A program made the position numbers and the translations under genes. From Candidatus Daviesbacteria bacterium (lineage in GTDB: Bacteria > Patescibacteriota > Microgenomatia > Daviesbacterales > UBA10151), in NCBI GenBank assembly GCA_016183245.1, contig JACPEY010000033.1, positions 1-52,818 on the forward strand: 52,818 bases of DNA, in the 5' to 3' direction. Under the pieces are notes generated by a model. The model was not told the origin of the DNA. It ran no database searches and worked only from the letters and a program-made list of their open reading frames with translations. Shown here in pieces: positions 9,306 through 18,786 of this stretch; within the stretch, counting starts at the first letter, position 1, and each line of letters begins with the position of its first letter.

Positions 9306-10568
9306 ATGCAAAGTTTAATTAAAATTTCCCAGCAAACTATTTGGCAGGTTTTGGGGAAAGCGGTTACTTCCCTGTCTACCTTTATTATATTAGGGCTGGT
9401 TGCAAGAAATTACGGCCCCAACGGAACAGGTATTTTTACTCTGGCACTTACATACCTTGCGATATTTTACCTTCTGGCGGATTTTGGATTTAATGCCCAC
9501 GAACTAAAAAGAGTCAAGAGACTAGAGTCAAGAGATAAGGAATGGAATAAATTGTTGGGGACAAGGGTGGTTTGGTCTGGCATTTTGATTATTTTGGCAA
9601 TAGGGCTATTACCTTTCTGGCCTTTTGCTACAGCGCAGTTTAACACAGCAGTTTTTATAGGAAGTTTGGCAATTGCGGCTTCAGCAATATTTATAACCTG
9701 TAATTTAATTTTTCAAAGTAAATTAAGATATGACTTGTCTGTAATTGCTTCTAGTATTGGCACCTTAGTTGGGTTGGTAATTACAGTTTGGTTAATAAGT
9801 TCCCGCTTCCCTGTTTCCCAGATTATCCTGGGTCATTTAATAGGATGGGTATTCATAGCAGCCAGCGCGCTCATTTTATGCGGAAGATTGCTTCGTTCCT
9901 TCGCTCCTCGCAATGACAAACAAGAAAAGTTTCCCAGTTGCATTGGGAAACCAATTATTGATTTATCATATGCCGCTAACTTGTTTAAGCAGTCTTGGCC
10001 AATTGCTGCAACATTGTCTTTAAATGTTTTATATTTTCGGGCAGATTCTTTTTTAATAGCTTATTTTAAATCCGTCTCAGATGCAGGAATTTATAATGTA
10101 GCTTATTCTTTTTTTCAAACTGCTTTGGTTTTGCCGACCTTTATTATGAATGCTTATTATCCTTTAATGTTAAAATCTTTAGCTAAAGTAAAAGTGATGG
10201 GACTTAGTTTACTGGGGATATCCTTGCTCGGGACCGTCCTTACTTTAACTGCTGCGCCTTTAATCATTAAGATTTTGACTGGTGGTGGTTTTGCCGGTTC
10301 AACTTTGTCTTTGCAGATTTTATCTTTAGGTTTTCCGGCTTATTTTTTATCATCGCTTTTAATGTGGATTTTTGTGGCTAAAAATAAGTATAAAACCTTG
10401 TTTTTGCTTTACACGTCCGGGACGATTTTCAACATCTTATTAAATATTTTCTATATTCCAAAATATTCTTATATAGCTTCATCATGGATTACCGTGATTT
10501 CAGAATATTTTATTTTGATTTTGCAGATTATGGTATTATGGTTTGCAGAAAGCAGGTTCAAGAGATGA
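9306..10568 (+). CDS. Wzx-like polysaccharide flippase (MOP family)
   Basis: About 12 TM helices; LARNYGP-type, LADFGFN, YFRAD and AGIYNVAY motifs. Confidence 0.88.
   Translation: MQSLIKISQQTIWQVLGKAVTSLSTFIILGLVARNYGPNGTGIFTLALTYLAIFYLLADFGFNAHELKRVKRLESRDKEWNKLLGTRVVWSGILIILAIGLLPFWPFATAQFNTAVFIGSLAIAASAIFITCNLIFQSKLRYDLSVIASSIGTLVGLVITVWLISSRFPVSQIILGHLIGWVFIAASALILCGRLLRSFAPRNDKQEKFPSCIGKPIIDLSYAANLFKQSWPIAATLSLNVLYFRADSFLIAYFKSVSDAGIYNVAYSFFQTALVLPTFIMNAYYPLMLKSLAKVKVMGLSLLGISLLGTVLTLTAAPLIIKILTGGGFAGSTLSLQILSLGFPAYFLSSLLMWIFVAKNKYKTLFLLYTSGTIFNILLNIFYIPKYSYIASSWITVISEYFILILQIMVLWFAESRFKR
9885..9918. repeat. Half palindromic element (AGATTGCTTCG...CTCGCAATGACA) in frame in the flippase
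   Basis: Matches the 3' half of the elements at 34005 and 47444; encodes RLLRSFAPRND. Confidence 0.85.
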
Positions 10569-10975
10569 AGATTGTTATTTACACAGATGGCGCCTCGCGT
10601 GGTAATCCGGGTCAGGCCAGTTTCGGTTTTACAATTGCTGATGAAAACGGAAAATTGCTTTATGAGAAGGGTCAATGCATTGGGGTTGCTACTAATAATG
10701 TAGCAGAATATACCGCAGTGCTGGAAGCGTTTAAAAAAGCGCGCGAGATGTTTTCAGGAAAAGTTGTACATATTGAGCTTTTTGCAGATTCTAAACTAGT
10801 GGCAGAACAATTATCAGGGCGGTATAAAATAAAAAGCCCTCATCTTAAGCCGATTATTGAAGAGATTAAGATTTTAGCAGTGGAGCTGGGTGGAGTAGTA
10901 TACACACATATACCTAGGTCAAAAAATACCGCAGCAGACAGACTGGCTAATTTAGCGCTTGATAATAGAGACTAG
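10565..10975 (+). CDS. rnhA: Ribonuclease HI
   Basis: YTDGASRGNPG, TNNVAEY, DSKLV and N..ADRLAN motifs; ATGA overlap with the flippase stop. Confidence 0.95.
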   Translation: MKIVIYTDGASRGNPGQASFGFTIADENGKLLYEKGQCIGVATNNVAEYTAVLEAFKKAREMFSGKVVHIELFADSKLVAEQLSGRYKIKSPHLKPIIEEIKILAVELGGVVYTHIPRSKNTAADRLANLALDNRD

Positions 10976-11063
10976 ACTTTTGACTCTAGTCACCTGCCAC
11001 TTGTTACTTTCCGATATCTTTTCATCCTCTTGATTTTATATTATAGAGTGTTACGATTTACCC

Positions 11064-13949
11064 GTGGCCGAAATTACCGATAATAGCATAAGCAAAGCGA
11101 GCATTAACCTTTCGCGAAACAGCCCGGTAGCTTTAGTTGTGGGAGCTGCCTCCTTTTTGGGCTCTCACCTGGTTGACAAATTATTGGACAAAAGTATTCA
11201 GGTTATCGGAGTAGATGATTTGGCATCTGGAGAAAAACGGAATTTAGAAAAAGCAGCAGAAAACCGCAATTTCCACCTGATCATTGAGTCTCCTGATAAA
11301 TTGGATATAGATTTATCAAGACTTGATTACATATTTATATTGCCGGGAGGGGAATGGAATTTAGGGAAGGTCCTGGATCTTTTTAAAAAAAATAACTGCC
11401 GTTGCCTTTTTGTTTCCTCAATTGATTTATATGAAAAAGATAATGATAGCGATGAGTTGGGCAGGCTTAAAAGCATTGAAAGCAGGATTGCCAAATTTGC
11501 TGCTGATTTTAACTTAAATGCCAGAATTCTAAGGCTCGGCTCTGTATACGGACCAAGGATGCAATTTAAAATTAAAGAACCGCTTGCTAAGCTGATTCAG
11601 CAGGCATTAACTGGAGATTTGCACAAAGATGTTTCTTTGGAGTTTTCCTCAAGGGCTTTATATGTTTCAGACGCGGTAGATTTGATGGTAAGAACTATTT
11701 TAGCAGGAAGCACTGCCCAGAAGATTTTTGACGGAGTGCTGCCAACTCCGGTTAAAGTGGCTGAGATAAAGATGGTGCTTATGGATCCTTTGTGGTACGA
11801 AAGCCGGGATTTTACTCCTTCTGAGTTGCCTCCCTGGTCAACCCCGAATTTAGAAAAAACAATTAAATTTTTAAACTGGCAGCCGAAAATTTCTTTGGTA
11901 ACTGCTTTAAGAGAAACCATACAGTTTTTTAAAGATAATGAGATCAGTGTACCCAAACTGGAGGAGAAAGTTGTCAAAGAGATCAAGGTTGATTTAGACG
12001 AGGATAAAAAAGAGGATTTGGAATTTTTAAAGCTGGGGGGTAAAGAAATTGCGCAGAAGGTTAAAAAAAAGGCAGAGTCTAAATTTTCTTTACCCATGTC
12101 AAAAATATACCTGATTTTGGTAATTTTCCTGGTGGGTTATGCTTTAATTTGGCCAGGTCTGGTTTTTGGATGGGGGCTTTTTACTTTCAGTTCAGGAATT
12201 TCCCAGGGTCTTAGAAATTTGGAACGAGGTGAGTTTGAAGAAAGTTTAGCAAATATCAAGCAGGCAAACATAGGGGTGCAAGCTGCAAAATCTGTTTTTA
12301 ATACACTGGAGCCAATCCGGAAGCTGGAGGTTTTTGATCAACAGTTTATACTGGCAGATAATTTGTCAAATTTGTCTATTCTTTCTGTCACTTCAGCGGA
12401 GAATGCTGTTTTAGGCATGCAAGCACTTTTGCAAAGCTTAAAAGCAGTAACAGGGGAAACAGCTGAGTCTCCGAATGCTTATTTTGCTTTGGCTCAAGTG
12501 GAGCTGTCCTCAGCCAGTGATGATTTATCTAAAATTACAGCTCTTTTAAAAAGTCCAGAATTTGGCGAAAGTATTCCGCCTGTTGTAAAACAGCAAATAG
12601 AGAGCTTTTCTAAAAAACTTGAGTTTTACCAAAGCTTGGTAACCCGGGCCAAAACCATGAGTATGCTGTTGCCGCAGCTGGTTGGGATGGAAGGGAATAA
12701 AAGCTATCTGATAATTTTGCAAAATAACATGGAACTTAGGCCGGGAGGAGGCTTTATCGGTTCTTTTGCCAAAATCAACTTTGAGGTTGGAAAGCTGAAA
12801 AAATTAGAGGTTAATGATATCTATAATTTGGATGGCAGCTTAAGTATGCATGTTGAGCCTCCAAAAGAAATTAAAGAGGATTTAGGGCAGAAGGATTGGT
12901 TTTTACGGGATTCTAACTGGGAGCCTGATTTTCCTACTAATGCCCGGCAGGCAGAGTGGTTTTACAACAAAGAGGCAGGGGAAAGAGTGGAGGGGGTGAT
13001 AGCTTTAGATATTTCAGCCATGGAGGAGCTGCTTTCTGTTATCGGTCCTTTAGATCTTGCTGATTACAGTGAACAAATTACTTCAGAAAATCTGTTTGCA
13101 AAAGCTATAACTTATGCTGAAAGCGGGTTTTTCCCCGGGTCTCAGGCCAAAAAAAGCTTTTTAACAGCTTTGACAAACCAGGCTTTTAATAAAATTTTTT
13201 TCCTGCCTCAAAAAAACTGGCCGGGGATTATCTCAGCTATAGGAAGGTCTTTGGATGAAAAACACATCAGCATCTATTTAAATGATCCGAAACTATTCTC
13301 ATATTTGGATTCTCAAAACTGGGTGAATATTTTGCCGAGAGGGGCAACTGCAAAGACAAGCCAGGACAAAACAGGGCAGGATCGCGATTTTTTGGCTTTG
13401 GTTGAAGCAAATTTGGGAGCTAATAAAGTAAATTATTATTTGGACCGGAGTTACAAGCTGGAGACTGTAGTAGGGAAAGAGGGAGAGATCAGGCATACAA
13501 TGCGTATAAACTACACCAATAGAAGTCCTTCAGACACTTTTCCCGGAGGGAAATATAAAAACAGAATGCGGGTTTATTTGCCTTTTGGCAGCAAACTAAC
13601 AAAAGCTTTATGGGGGGAAACTGATATTACCAAACAAGTCAGTAGTTTTACAGATTACGGCAGGTCGGGGTTTTCTATGCTTTTGGAGCTTTTGCCTAAA
13701 GAGCAAAAAAGCCTGGTTTTGGATTATTCAGTGCCATTTAAAATTGAATTTAAAGATAACCTGGCAACATACAGACTGGATATTATTAAGCAGGCAGGTA
13801 CTTTAAATGATCCGCTGCAATGGACAATCAGTTACCCGATAAATTATCAATTAGCCTCAGGTAAGACAACAGCACTTGGCCCTCAGGAGCAAACTATTTC
13901 TACTGATCTGTCCCGTGACAGGAGCTTTGAGGTAGGGTTTAAGAAATAA
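11064..13949 (+). CDS. Fusion of a degenerate NAD-dependent epimerase/SDR domain, a TM helix and a DUF4012-type extracellular domain
   Basis: GAASFLGSHL and RLGSVYGPRM at the N terminus; LQNNMELRPGGGFIGSF, RDSNWEPDFP and NLGANKVN at the C terminus. Confidence 0.85.
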   Translation: MAEITDNSISKASINLSRNSPVALVVGAASFLGSHLVDKLLDKSIQVIGVDDLASGEKRNLEKAAENRNFHLIIESPDKLDIDLSRLDYIFILPGGEWNLGKVLDLFKKNNCRCLFVSSIDLYEKDNDSDELGRLKSIESRIAKFAADFNLNARILRLGSVYGPRMQFKIKEPLAKLIQQALTGDLHKDVSLEFSSRALYVSDAVDLMVRTILAGSTAQKIFDGVLPTPVKVAEIKMVLMDPLWYESRDFTPSELPPWSTPNLEKTIKFLNWQPKISLVTALRETIQFFKDNEISVPKLEEKVVKEIKVDLDEDKKEDLEFLKLGGKEIAQKVKKKAESKFSLPMSKIYLILVIFLVGYALIWPGLVFGWGLFTFSSGISQGLRNLERGEFEESLANIKQANIGVQAAKSVFNTLEPIRKLEVFDQQFILADNLSNLSILSVTSAENAVLGMQALLQSLKAVTGETAESPNAYFALAQVELSSASDDLSKITALLKSPEFGESIPPVVKQQIESFSKKLEFYQSLVTRAKTMSMLLPQLVGMEGNKSYLIILQNNMELRPGGGFIGSFAKINFEVGKLKKLEVNDIYNLDGSLSMHVEPPKEIKEDLGQKDWFLRDSNWEPDFPTNARQAEWFYNKEAGERVEGVIALDISAMEELLSVIGPLDLADYSEQITSENLFAKAITYAESGFFPGSQAKKSFLTALTNQAFNKIFFLPQKNWPGIISAIGRSLDEKHISIYLNDPKLFSYLDSQNWVNILPRGATAKTSQDKTGQDRDFLALVEANLGANKVNYYLDRSYKLETVVGKEGEIRHTMRINYTNRSPSDTFPGGKYKNRMRVYLPFGSKLTKALWGETDITKQVSSFTDYGRSGFSMLLELLPKEQKSLVLDYSVPFKIEFKDNLATYRLDIIKQAGTLNDPLQWTISYPINYQLASGKTTALGPQEQTISTDLSRDRSFEVGFKK

Positions 13950-13954
13950 TTGTA

Positions 13955-14011
13955 GTTCTCGACTTCGCTCGAACAATATTATTCTTCGACCGAAGCGTAG
14001 CGAGTGGAGAA
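13955..14011. repeat. Two short palindromic repeats (GTTCTCGACTTCGCTCGAAC; TTCTTCGACCGAAGCGTAGCGAGTGGAGAA)
   Basis: Share the CGACTTCGCTC/GAGCG core with the elements at 5650, 17615 and 19712. Confidence 0.6.
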
Positions 14012-14039
14012 GTATGTATAGTTATCGTATAATGAATCA

Positions 14040-14882
14040 ATGGCAAACATAGGTTTTTTGGCAGCTTTGGGTGCGGCAGTGGCCTGGGGCACCTGGATGG
14101 TTCCTTTTAAAAAGTCAGGCAGCTCCAATTTAATTCAATTCCAGGCTTTGATTGCTGTATCAATTGGTTTTTCCGGCCTGATTATTTCATTAATATTGGG
14201 TTTTCCGTTAAGTTTTAATATTTACGGCCTGGTAAGCGGGGCACTGTGGGCGGTCGCAAGCGCAATTTCGCTGACCGCAATAGTAGATTTAGGCTTGTCA
14301 AAAGCTGTGCCGCTGGTATCATCACTGGTAATACTATCTTATTTTTTGTGGGGGGTATTATTTTTTAATGAACTACCAGAGGGGCTGATGCTTGGTTTTT
14401 TAGGGATTGGGTTAATGGTAGCCGGGGTTGTGCTGGTTAGCAGTACCGGCAATATGGCAAGCCGCAATGTTAAAAAAGGGCTTTTGGCCGGAGTATTGGC
14501 CGGTTTAATCTGGGGAAGCCAACTGGTACCGGGTAAATTAGGTAATGTTGCGACCGGAGATTTTTTCTTTCCGGTTTGTTTGGGGATATTGATTACCGGC
14601 CTGTTAATTGCTTTGATAATGAGAGTTAAATTTCAGAAAGAAGCAGTGGGCGCCAGTTTGGTTTGCGGAATAATTTGGAATATCGGTAACTTGTTATCAC
14701 TTATTTCTTTATCTTTAATTGGTTTATCGAAAATGGGTCCGGTGAGTCAGACAGCATCCCTGGTGGCAGTACTTTGGGGATTGTTTTATTTTAAAGAAAT
14801 TACCAGGGCTAAGCAAAAAGTACAGGTTTTAATAGGGGCATTAATTTTACTTGCCGGAATAATTACTCTTGGATTTGCTTAA
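14040..14882 (+). CDS. DMT-superfamily transporter, GRP/GlcU sugar-uptake type
   Basis: 10 TM helices in two repeats; AWGTWMVPFK, LGLSKAVP, IGLSKMGP and LWGLFYFKE motifs. Confidence 0.8.
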   Translation: MANIGFLAALGAAVAWGTWMVPFKKSGSSNLIQFQALIAVSIGFSGLIISLILGFPLSFNIYGLVSGALWAVASAISLTAIVDLGLSKAVPLVSSLVILSYFLWGVLFFNELPEGLMLGFLGIGLMVAGVVLVSSTGNMASRNVKKGLLAGVLAGLIWGSQLVPGKLGNVATGDFFFPVCLGILITGLLIALIMRVKFQKEAVGASLVCGIIWNIGNLLSLISLSLIGLSKMGPVSQTASLVAVLWGLFYFKEITRAKQKVQVLIGALILLAGIITLGFA

Positions 14883-14945
14883 CTATTGTGAAATATGCCT
14901 GAATGTGGTAAATTGACAATTTGCGTATAATATCTAAGCGCGAAT

Positions 14946-14995
14946 TGTCATCCTGAGCGAGCGATTAGCGAGTCGAAGGATCCCGGTCAGGACGA
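14946..14995. repeat. Palindromic element in the rplY leader (TGTCATCCTGAGCGAGCG...GAGTCGAAGGATC...CAGGACGA)
   Basis: GTCATCCTG terminus and GAGCG...GAGTCGAAGG core shared with 19712. Confidence 0.75.
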
Positions 14996-15004
14996 GGAAC
15001 AAAT

Positions 15005-15787
15005 ATGGACAGATTATCACTGGATGCTGAAGAAAGAAAAATACTGGGTAAAAAAGTTAAAAACTTGCGCAAAAACGGCAAGCTGCCCGGTCATGTGTTT
15101 GGTAAAAAACTAGAAACAGAACATGTTTCAGTTGACGGCAAAACCTTTTTAAAAATCTTTAAGGAGGCAGGGGAGACTGGTTTGATTAATTTAAGGATCG
15201 GATCTGAAAAAGTCAGGCCGGTTATGGTTAAAGGCGTGCAATATGACCCGGTTTCCGGTGACCCGATCCACATTGATTTTTATCAGGTAAATTTAACCCA
15301 AAAAGTCAAAGTCCCTGTGCCGATTGTTTTAGTTGGTGAAGAGCCGGAGGCAGTGAAATTGGGTGAGGCAATTGTTTTGCAGACAATGAACGAGCTTGAA
15401 GTAGAAGCGCTTCCGGCTGATTTAATAGAAAAAATTGAAGTTGATATTACTAATTTAAAAAATATTGATGATGCTGTAACTGTTGGGGGTTTACAATTTG
15501 ACAGGGAAAAGTTGACAGTTTCAGCAAACGATGAAGACATCGTAGTTAAGCTGGCGCCGGCAATCACAGAGGAGATGAAGAAACAAATGGAAGAAGAAGC
15601 AGCCCAGGCAGCTGCTGTTGCTGCAGAATCAGGGGCAGAGGCAGCCGGAGAAGAAGGTGCGGCAGCTGAGGGTGGAGAAGCTCCAGCAGAAGGCGCAGAC
15701 GGCAAACCAGATGAAGGTCATGGTCCTGAGGAGTCGAAGGGTGGAGAAGCAAAACCAGCTGAAGGGGAGGCAGAAGGAACAAAATGA
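15005..15787 (+). CDS. rplY: 50S ribosomal protein L25/CTC with acidic tail
   Basis: RKILGKKVKNLRKNGKLPG, HIDFYQV, VPIVLVGE and LP...IEVDIT motifs. Confidence 0.95.
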   Translation: MDRLSLDAEERKILGKKVKNLRKNGKLPGHVFGKKLETEHVSVDGKTFLKIFKEAGETGLINLRIGSEKVRPVMVKGVQYDPVSGDPIHIDFYQVNLTQKVKVPVPIVLVGEEPEAVKLGEAIVLQTMNELEVEALPADLIEKIEVDITNLKNIDDAVTVGGLQFDREKLTVSANDEDIVVKLAPAITEEMKKQMEEEAAQAAAVAAESGAEAAGEEGAAAEGGEAPAEGADGKPDEGHGPEESKGGEAKPAEGEAEGTK

Positions 15788-16017
15788 GTCCTGAAGATCC
15801 TTCGAAAAAAGAGATCAGAGAAGGTGAAAGGTTGCTGCATGGTGATATAAGAGATCTTAGGTTAAGTAAGAAAAGTGGCTCACCAGGTGATGCTGACGCT
15901 ATGGATGAATCTTATAGGCGTGTTTTAGAGGCATGTGATAATGGTTTGATTGCTCCAGATAGAATAGCGGAGATGTCTGTAGAGGACATGAATTCAACGA
16001 CTGATATACCTTCTTAA
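15784..16017 (+). CDS. Hypothetical protein (77 aa)
   Basis: ORF coupled to the rplY end; no recognisable motif. Confidence 0.55.
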   Translation: MSPEDPSKKEIREGERLLHGDIRDLRLSKKSGSPGDADAMDESYRRVLEACDNGLIAPDRIAEMSVEDMNSTTDIPS

Positions 16018-16084
16018 TCTAGAAGCCGAAGAAGAAGAAATGATCGCGTTTAATTTGCGTTAATCTTGCGGGAATCCAAAAAAA

Positions 16085-16420
16085 TTATCTAGGAGCGCTT
16101 ATAAAGGCAGCTATTCCTGAGGTGTGTTCTATAGTAAAATTGGTTCGTTTTTCTGGATCACTCATTATTATATCGCCGTCTGGAGTTTTTTGAATAGTTC
16201 CATTTACAAAACCAATTATTCTCGGGTCGCCTTTGGGTTTTGTTAATGCAACCTCGCATACCTCTACTGCTGCGTTGATTCGTTCTGCAGTTACAACTAC
16301 TAAATTATTGCTTTGATCCCTCCCTGCAAAAAAAACTGCTCCGCGGTTAGTTCTGGTGGCTTCAGTGCCCAATCCTCTAGCGATTTCTCCGAGAATTTCC
16401 AAATTATCTATTATAGGCAT
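16085..16420 (-). CDS. Hypothetical protein (likely start MPIIDNL)
   Basis: ORF downstream of valS; no recognisable motif. Confidence 0.55.
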   Translation of the reverse strand: MPIIDNLEILGEIARGLGTEATRTNRGAVFFAGRDQSNNLVVVTAERINAAVEVCEVALTKPKGDPRIIGFVNGTIQKTPDGDIIMSDPEKRTNFTIEHTSGIAAFISAPR

Positions 16421-16458
16421 ATAGTAAGTTACTTTGATAATATTATATAGAGAATAAG

Positions 16459-18741
16459 TCAAGTGTTTATATTATTAGGCCACTTAGTAACCATAATAGT
16501 TTTGCCTTCATGGGGCAGTTTTTGCCATAATTCTTCAGTTATAAACGGCATGAATGGGTGCAAAAGCTCCAAAGATGTCCTGAATACGTATTCTAAAACC
16601 GGCTGGGCTTGGGCCCGCCTGTCTTTTGTTGATTCAATATATTTGTCTGCAAATTCATGCCAGATAAATTCATATAAAGCATCTGATCCGTCATGAAATC
16701 TATAAGAATCCAAGGCTTTGGTGACTGTTTTAATGGTTTGGGAAAGTTTTTCCAGAATTTGTTTGTCATCCTCATTTTTTCCTGTCATTCTGGCGAACGT
16801 AGTGAGTCCAGAATCTGTGTGATTCGTTGATTCTGGAGTCGTCGCGGAGTTTACCCCGTACTTTGATACGGGGTCCCTCCCCAGAATGACAGCAGTGGGA
16901 TTTAAATGTTTAGCATCTTCCGGGGCAAAGTCGATAATAAAACGGCCAATGTTCCACAATTTATTGGTAAAATTTCTCATGGCTTGCAGTTTAGGATGGG
17001 ACAACGCCTGATCGTGACCAAAAGCATTGCCATACATTAAAGCCATCCTTAAAGCATCTGCTCCGTAAAGGTTGGCAATTTCAATCGGGTCAACCACATT
17101 GCCTTTGCTTTTGCTCATCTTTTTACCAAGCGGGTCCAAGACTTTGCCATGCAGGAGAATATCTTTGAAGGGGATTTTGCCGGTGATGTAAATTCCCAGC
17201 ATGACCATCCGGGCTACCCAGAAGAGCAAAATATCATAGCCGGTTTCCATCACAGATGTCGGATAAAACTTATCAAAATCTTCCGGTTTGGTGGATTGCA
17301 GGGTAGCAAAGGGCCACTGGCCGGAAGAAAACCACGTATCAAATACATCCGGATCTTGTTCCAGTTGAGCAGAGCCACAATCTGGACATTTTTCAGGTTT
17401 TTCGCCTTCAGTCACAATCCAGATTGTATTATTTAGTTTTGAACTTTTAGTTGTAGTTTTGACTTTTGACTTTTGACTTTTGACCTCGCTGCATTTTATG
17501 CAGCGCCAGGCCGGAATCTGCATCCCCCAGACAATTTGCCGGGAAATATTCCAGTCTTTTAAATTCTCCAGCCAATTAAAGTAAGTAGTTTCCCAATTTT
17601 TAGGGACAATTTTTATGGTTCGACTTCGCTCACCATTAACCGCTTCAATGGCAGTTTTTGCTAGCCCGTCCATTTTTAGAAACCATTGTTCCAAAGGCAG
17701 CGGTTCAATTTCTGTACCGCATTTATAACAAACCCCCACCCTGTTTTTGTAATTTTCATCCATTTTTTCAATTAAGCCCTTCTCTTGCATCTCTACGGCA
17801 ATGGCTTTTCTGGCTTCCTTTACTCTCATGCCAGCAAACTTGCCGGCTTTTTCATTTAAACGGCCGTCAAAACCAATTACCTGGCGGATCTCCAGGTTAT
17901 GCCGCTGTCCTATTTCAAAATCTATTGGAGCATGGGCAGGGGTAACTTTAATGACTCCTGTTCCAAAGTTGGGGTCAACAGCTTTGTCTGCAATTACTTT
18001 AATTTTGGCCGGGCCTAACACTGTTTCAATACTTAAGGTTTCTCCTATATATTTTTGATAACGTTTATCATCAGGATGAACTGCCACGGCAGTATCACCG
18101 AATTTGGTTTCCAGTCTAACTGTAGCCAGTGTTAACGGCCCGTATTTAATGTAGTAAAGCGGGGTAGTCCGGTCCTCATATATAACTTCCAGATCAGAAA
18201 ATGAGGTGCCATGTCTGGTGCAGTAATTAACTAACCTCAGTCCCCGGTAAGCCAGGCCGTCATTAAATAATTTCTTGAAAGTTTTATAAACTACTTTGAC
18301 AATATCCGGGTCAAGGGTAAATTTTTCCCGCGACCAGTCAACAGAAAAGCCTAATTTACGAAGCTGTCCTTCCATGGTGCCTTTATTGGCCTGGACAAAA
18401 TCCCAAATCATTTTATATAAAGTTTCCCGGTCAAAGTCAAAACGGGACTTACCTGTCTTTTCCAAGTGTTTTTCAAATACTACTTGAGTTTCAAAGCCGG
18501 CATGGTCTGAACCCGGCAGCCATAAAGCAGCCTCACCTTTCATCCTATGATACCTGATTAAAATGTCCTCAACAGTATATAAGGCGTGGCCAAAATGCAA
18601 AGGGGCATTGGCATTTGGCGGGGGTAGGATAATGGTGTAAGGCTTGCCTTCAGGGTTTATCTCAGGTTGAAAATAGCCTGCTTTTTCCCAAATGTCATAC
18701 CACTTTGGTTCAACTTTAGTCTGGTCGTATACTTTCTCCAT
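16459..18741 (-). CDS. valS: Valine--tRNA ligase (short form, with repeat-derived insertions)
   Basis: PPPN..LHFGH, DWNISRQIVWG, DVFDTWFSS and KMSKSKGN motifs; ends after LHPFMPFITEELWQ with no C-terminal coiled-coil arm. Confidence 0.97.
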   Translation of the reverse strand: MEKVYDQTKVEPKWYDIWEKAGYFQPEINPEGKPYTIILPPPNANAPLHFGHALYTVEDILIRYHRMKGEAALWLPGSDHAGFETQVVFEKHLEKTGKSRFDFDRETLYKMIWDFVQANKGTMEGQLRKLGFSVDWSREKFTLDPDIVKVVYKTFKKLFNDGLAYRGLRLVNYCTRHGTSFSDLEVIYEDRTTPLYYIKYGPLTLATVRLETKFGDTAVAVHPDDKRYQKYIGETLSIETVLGPAKIKVIADKAVDPNFGTGVIKVTPAHAPIDFEIGQRHNLEIRQVIGFDGRLNEKAGKFAGMRVKEARKAIAVEMQEKGLIEKMDENYKNRVGVCYKCGTEIEPLPLEQWFLKMDGLAKTAIEAVNGERSRTIKIVPKNWETTYFNWLENLKDWNISRQIVWGMQIPAWRCIKCSEVKSQKSKVKTTTKSSKLNNTIWIVTEGEKPEKCPDCGSAQLEQDPDVFDTWFSSGQWPFATLQSTKPEDFDKFYPTSVMETGYDILLFWVARMVMLGIYITGKIPFKDILLHGKVLDPLGKKMSKSKGNVVDPIEIANLYGADALRMALMYGNAFGHDQALSHPKLQAMRNFTNKLWNIGRFIIDFAPEDAKHLNPTAVILGRDPVSKYGVNSATTPESTNHTDSGLTTFARMTGKNEDDKQILEKLSQTIKTVTKALDSYRFHDGSDALYEFIWHEFADKYIESTKDRRAQAQPVLEYVFRTSLELLHPFMPFITEELWQKLPHEGKTIMVTKWPNNINT
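16783..16891. repeat. Palindromic element with nested ACCCCGTACTTTGATACGGGG hairpin, in frame in valS
   Basis: TGTCATTCTGG...CCAGAATGACA termini; encodes VILGRDPVSKYGVNSATTPESTNHTDSGLTTFARMT. Confidence 0.9.
17457..17484. repeat. (TTTTGAC)x4 heptamer tract in valS
   Basis: Read directly; encodes VKSQKSKVK. Confidence 0.9.
17615..17636. repeat. Short palindrome ATGGTTCGACTTCGCTCACCAT in frame in valS
   Basis: Read directly; encodes NGERSRTI. Confidence 0.75.
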
Positions 18742-18786
18742 GGAGTAAGTATAGTGTTTTGGAAGGGGGAAGGTCAATTGTAACTA

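Noticed and set aside
14913..14931. TTGACA and TATAAT as one rplY promoter
   Set aside because: The spacer is only 7 bp, incompatible with sigma70 geometry
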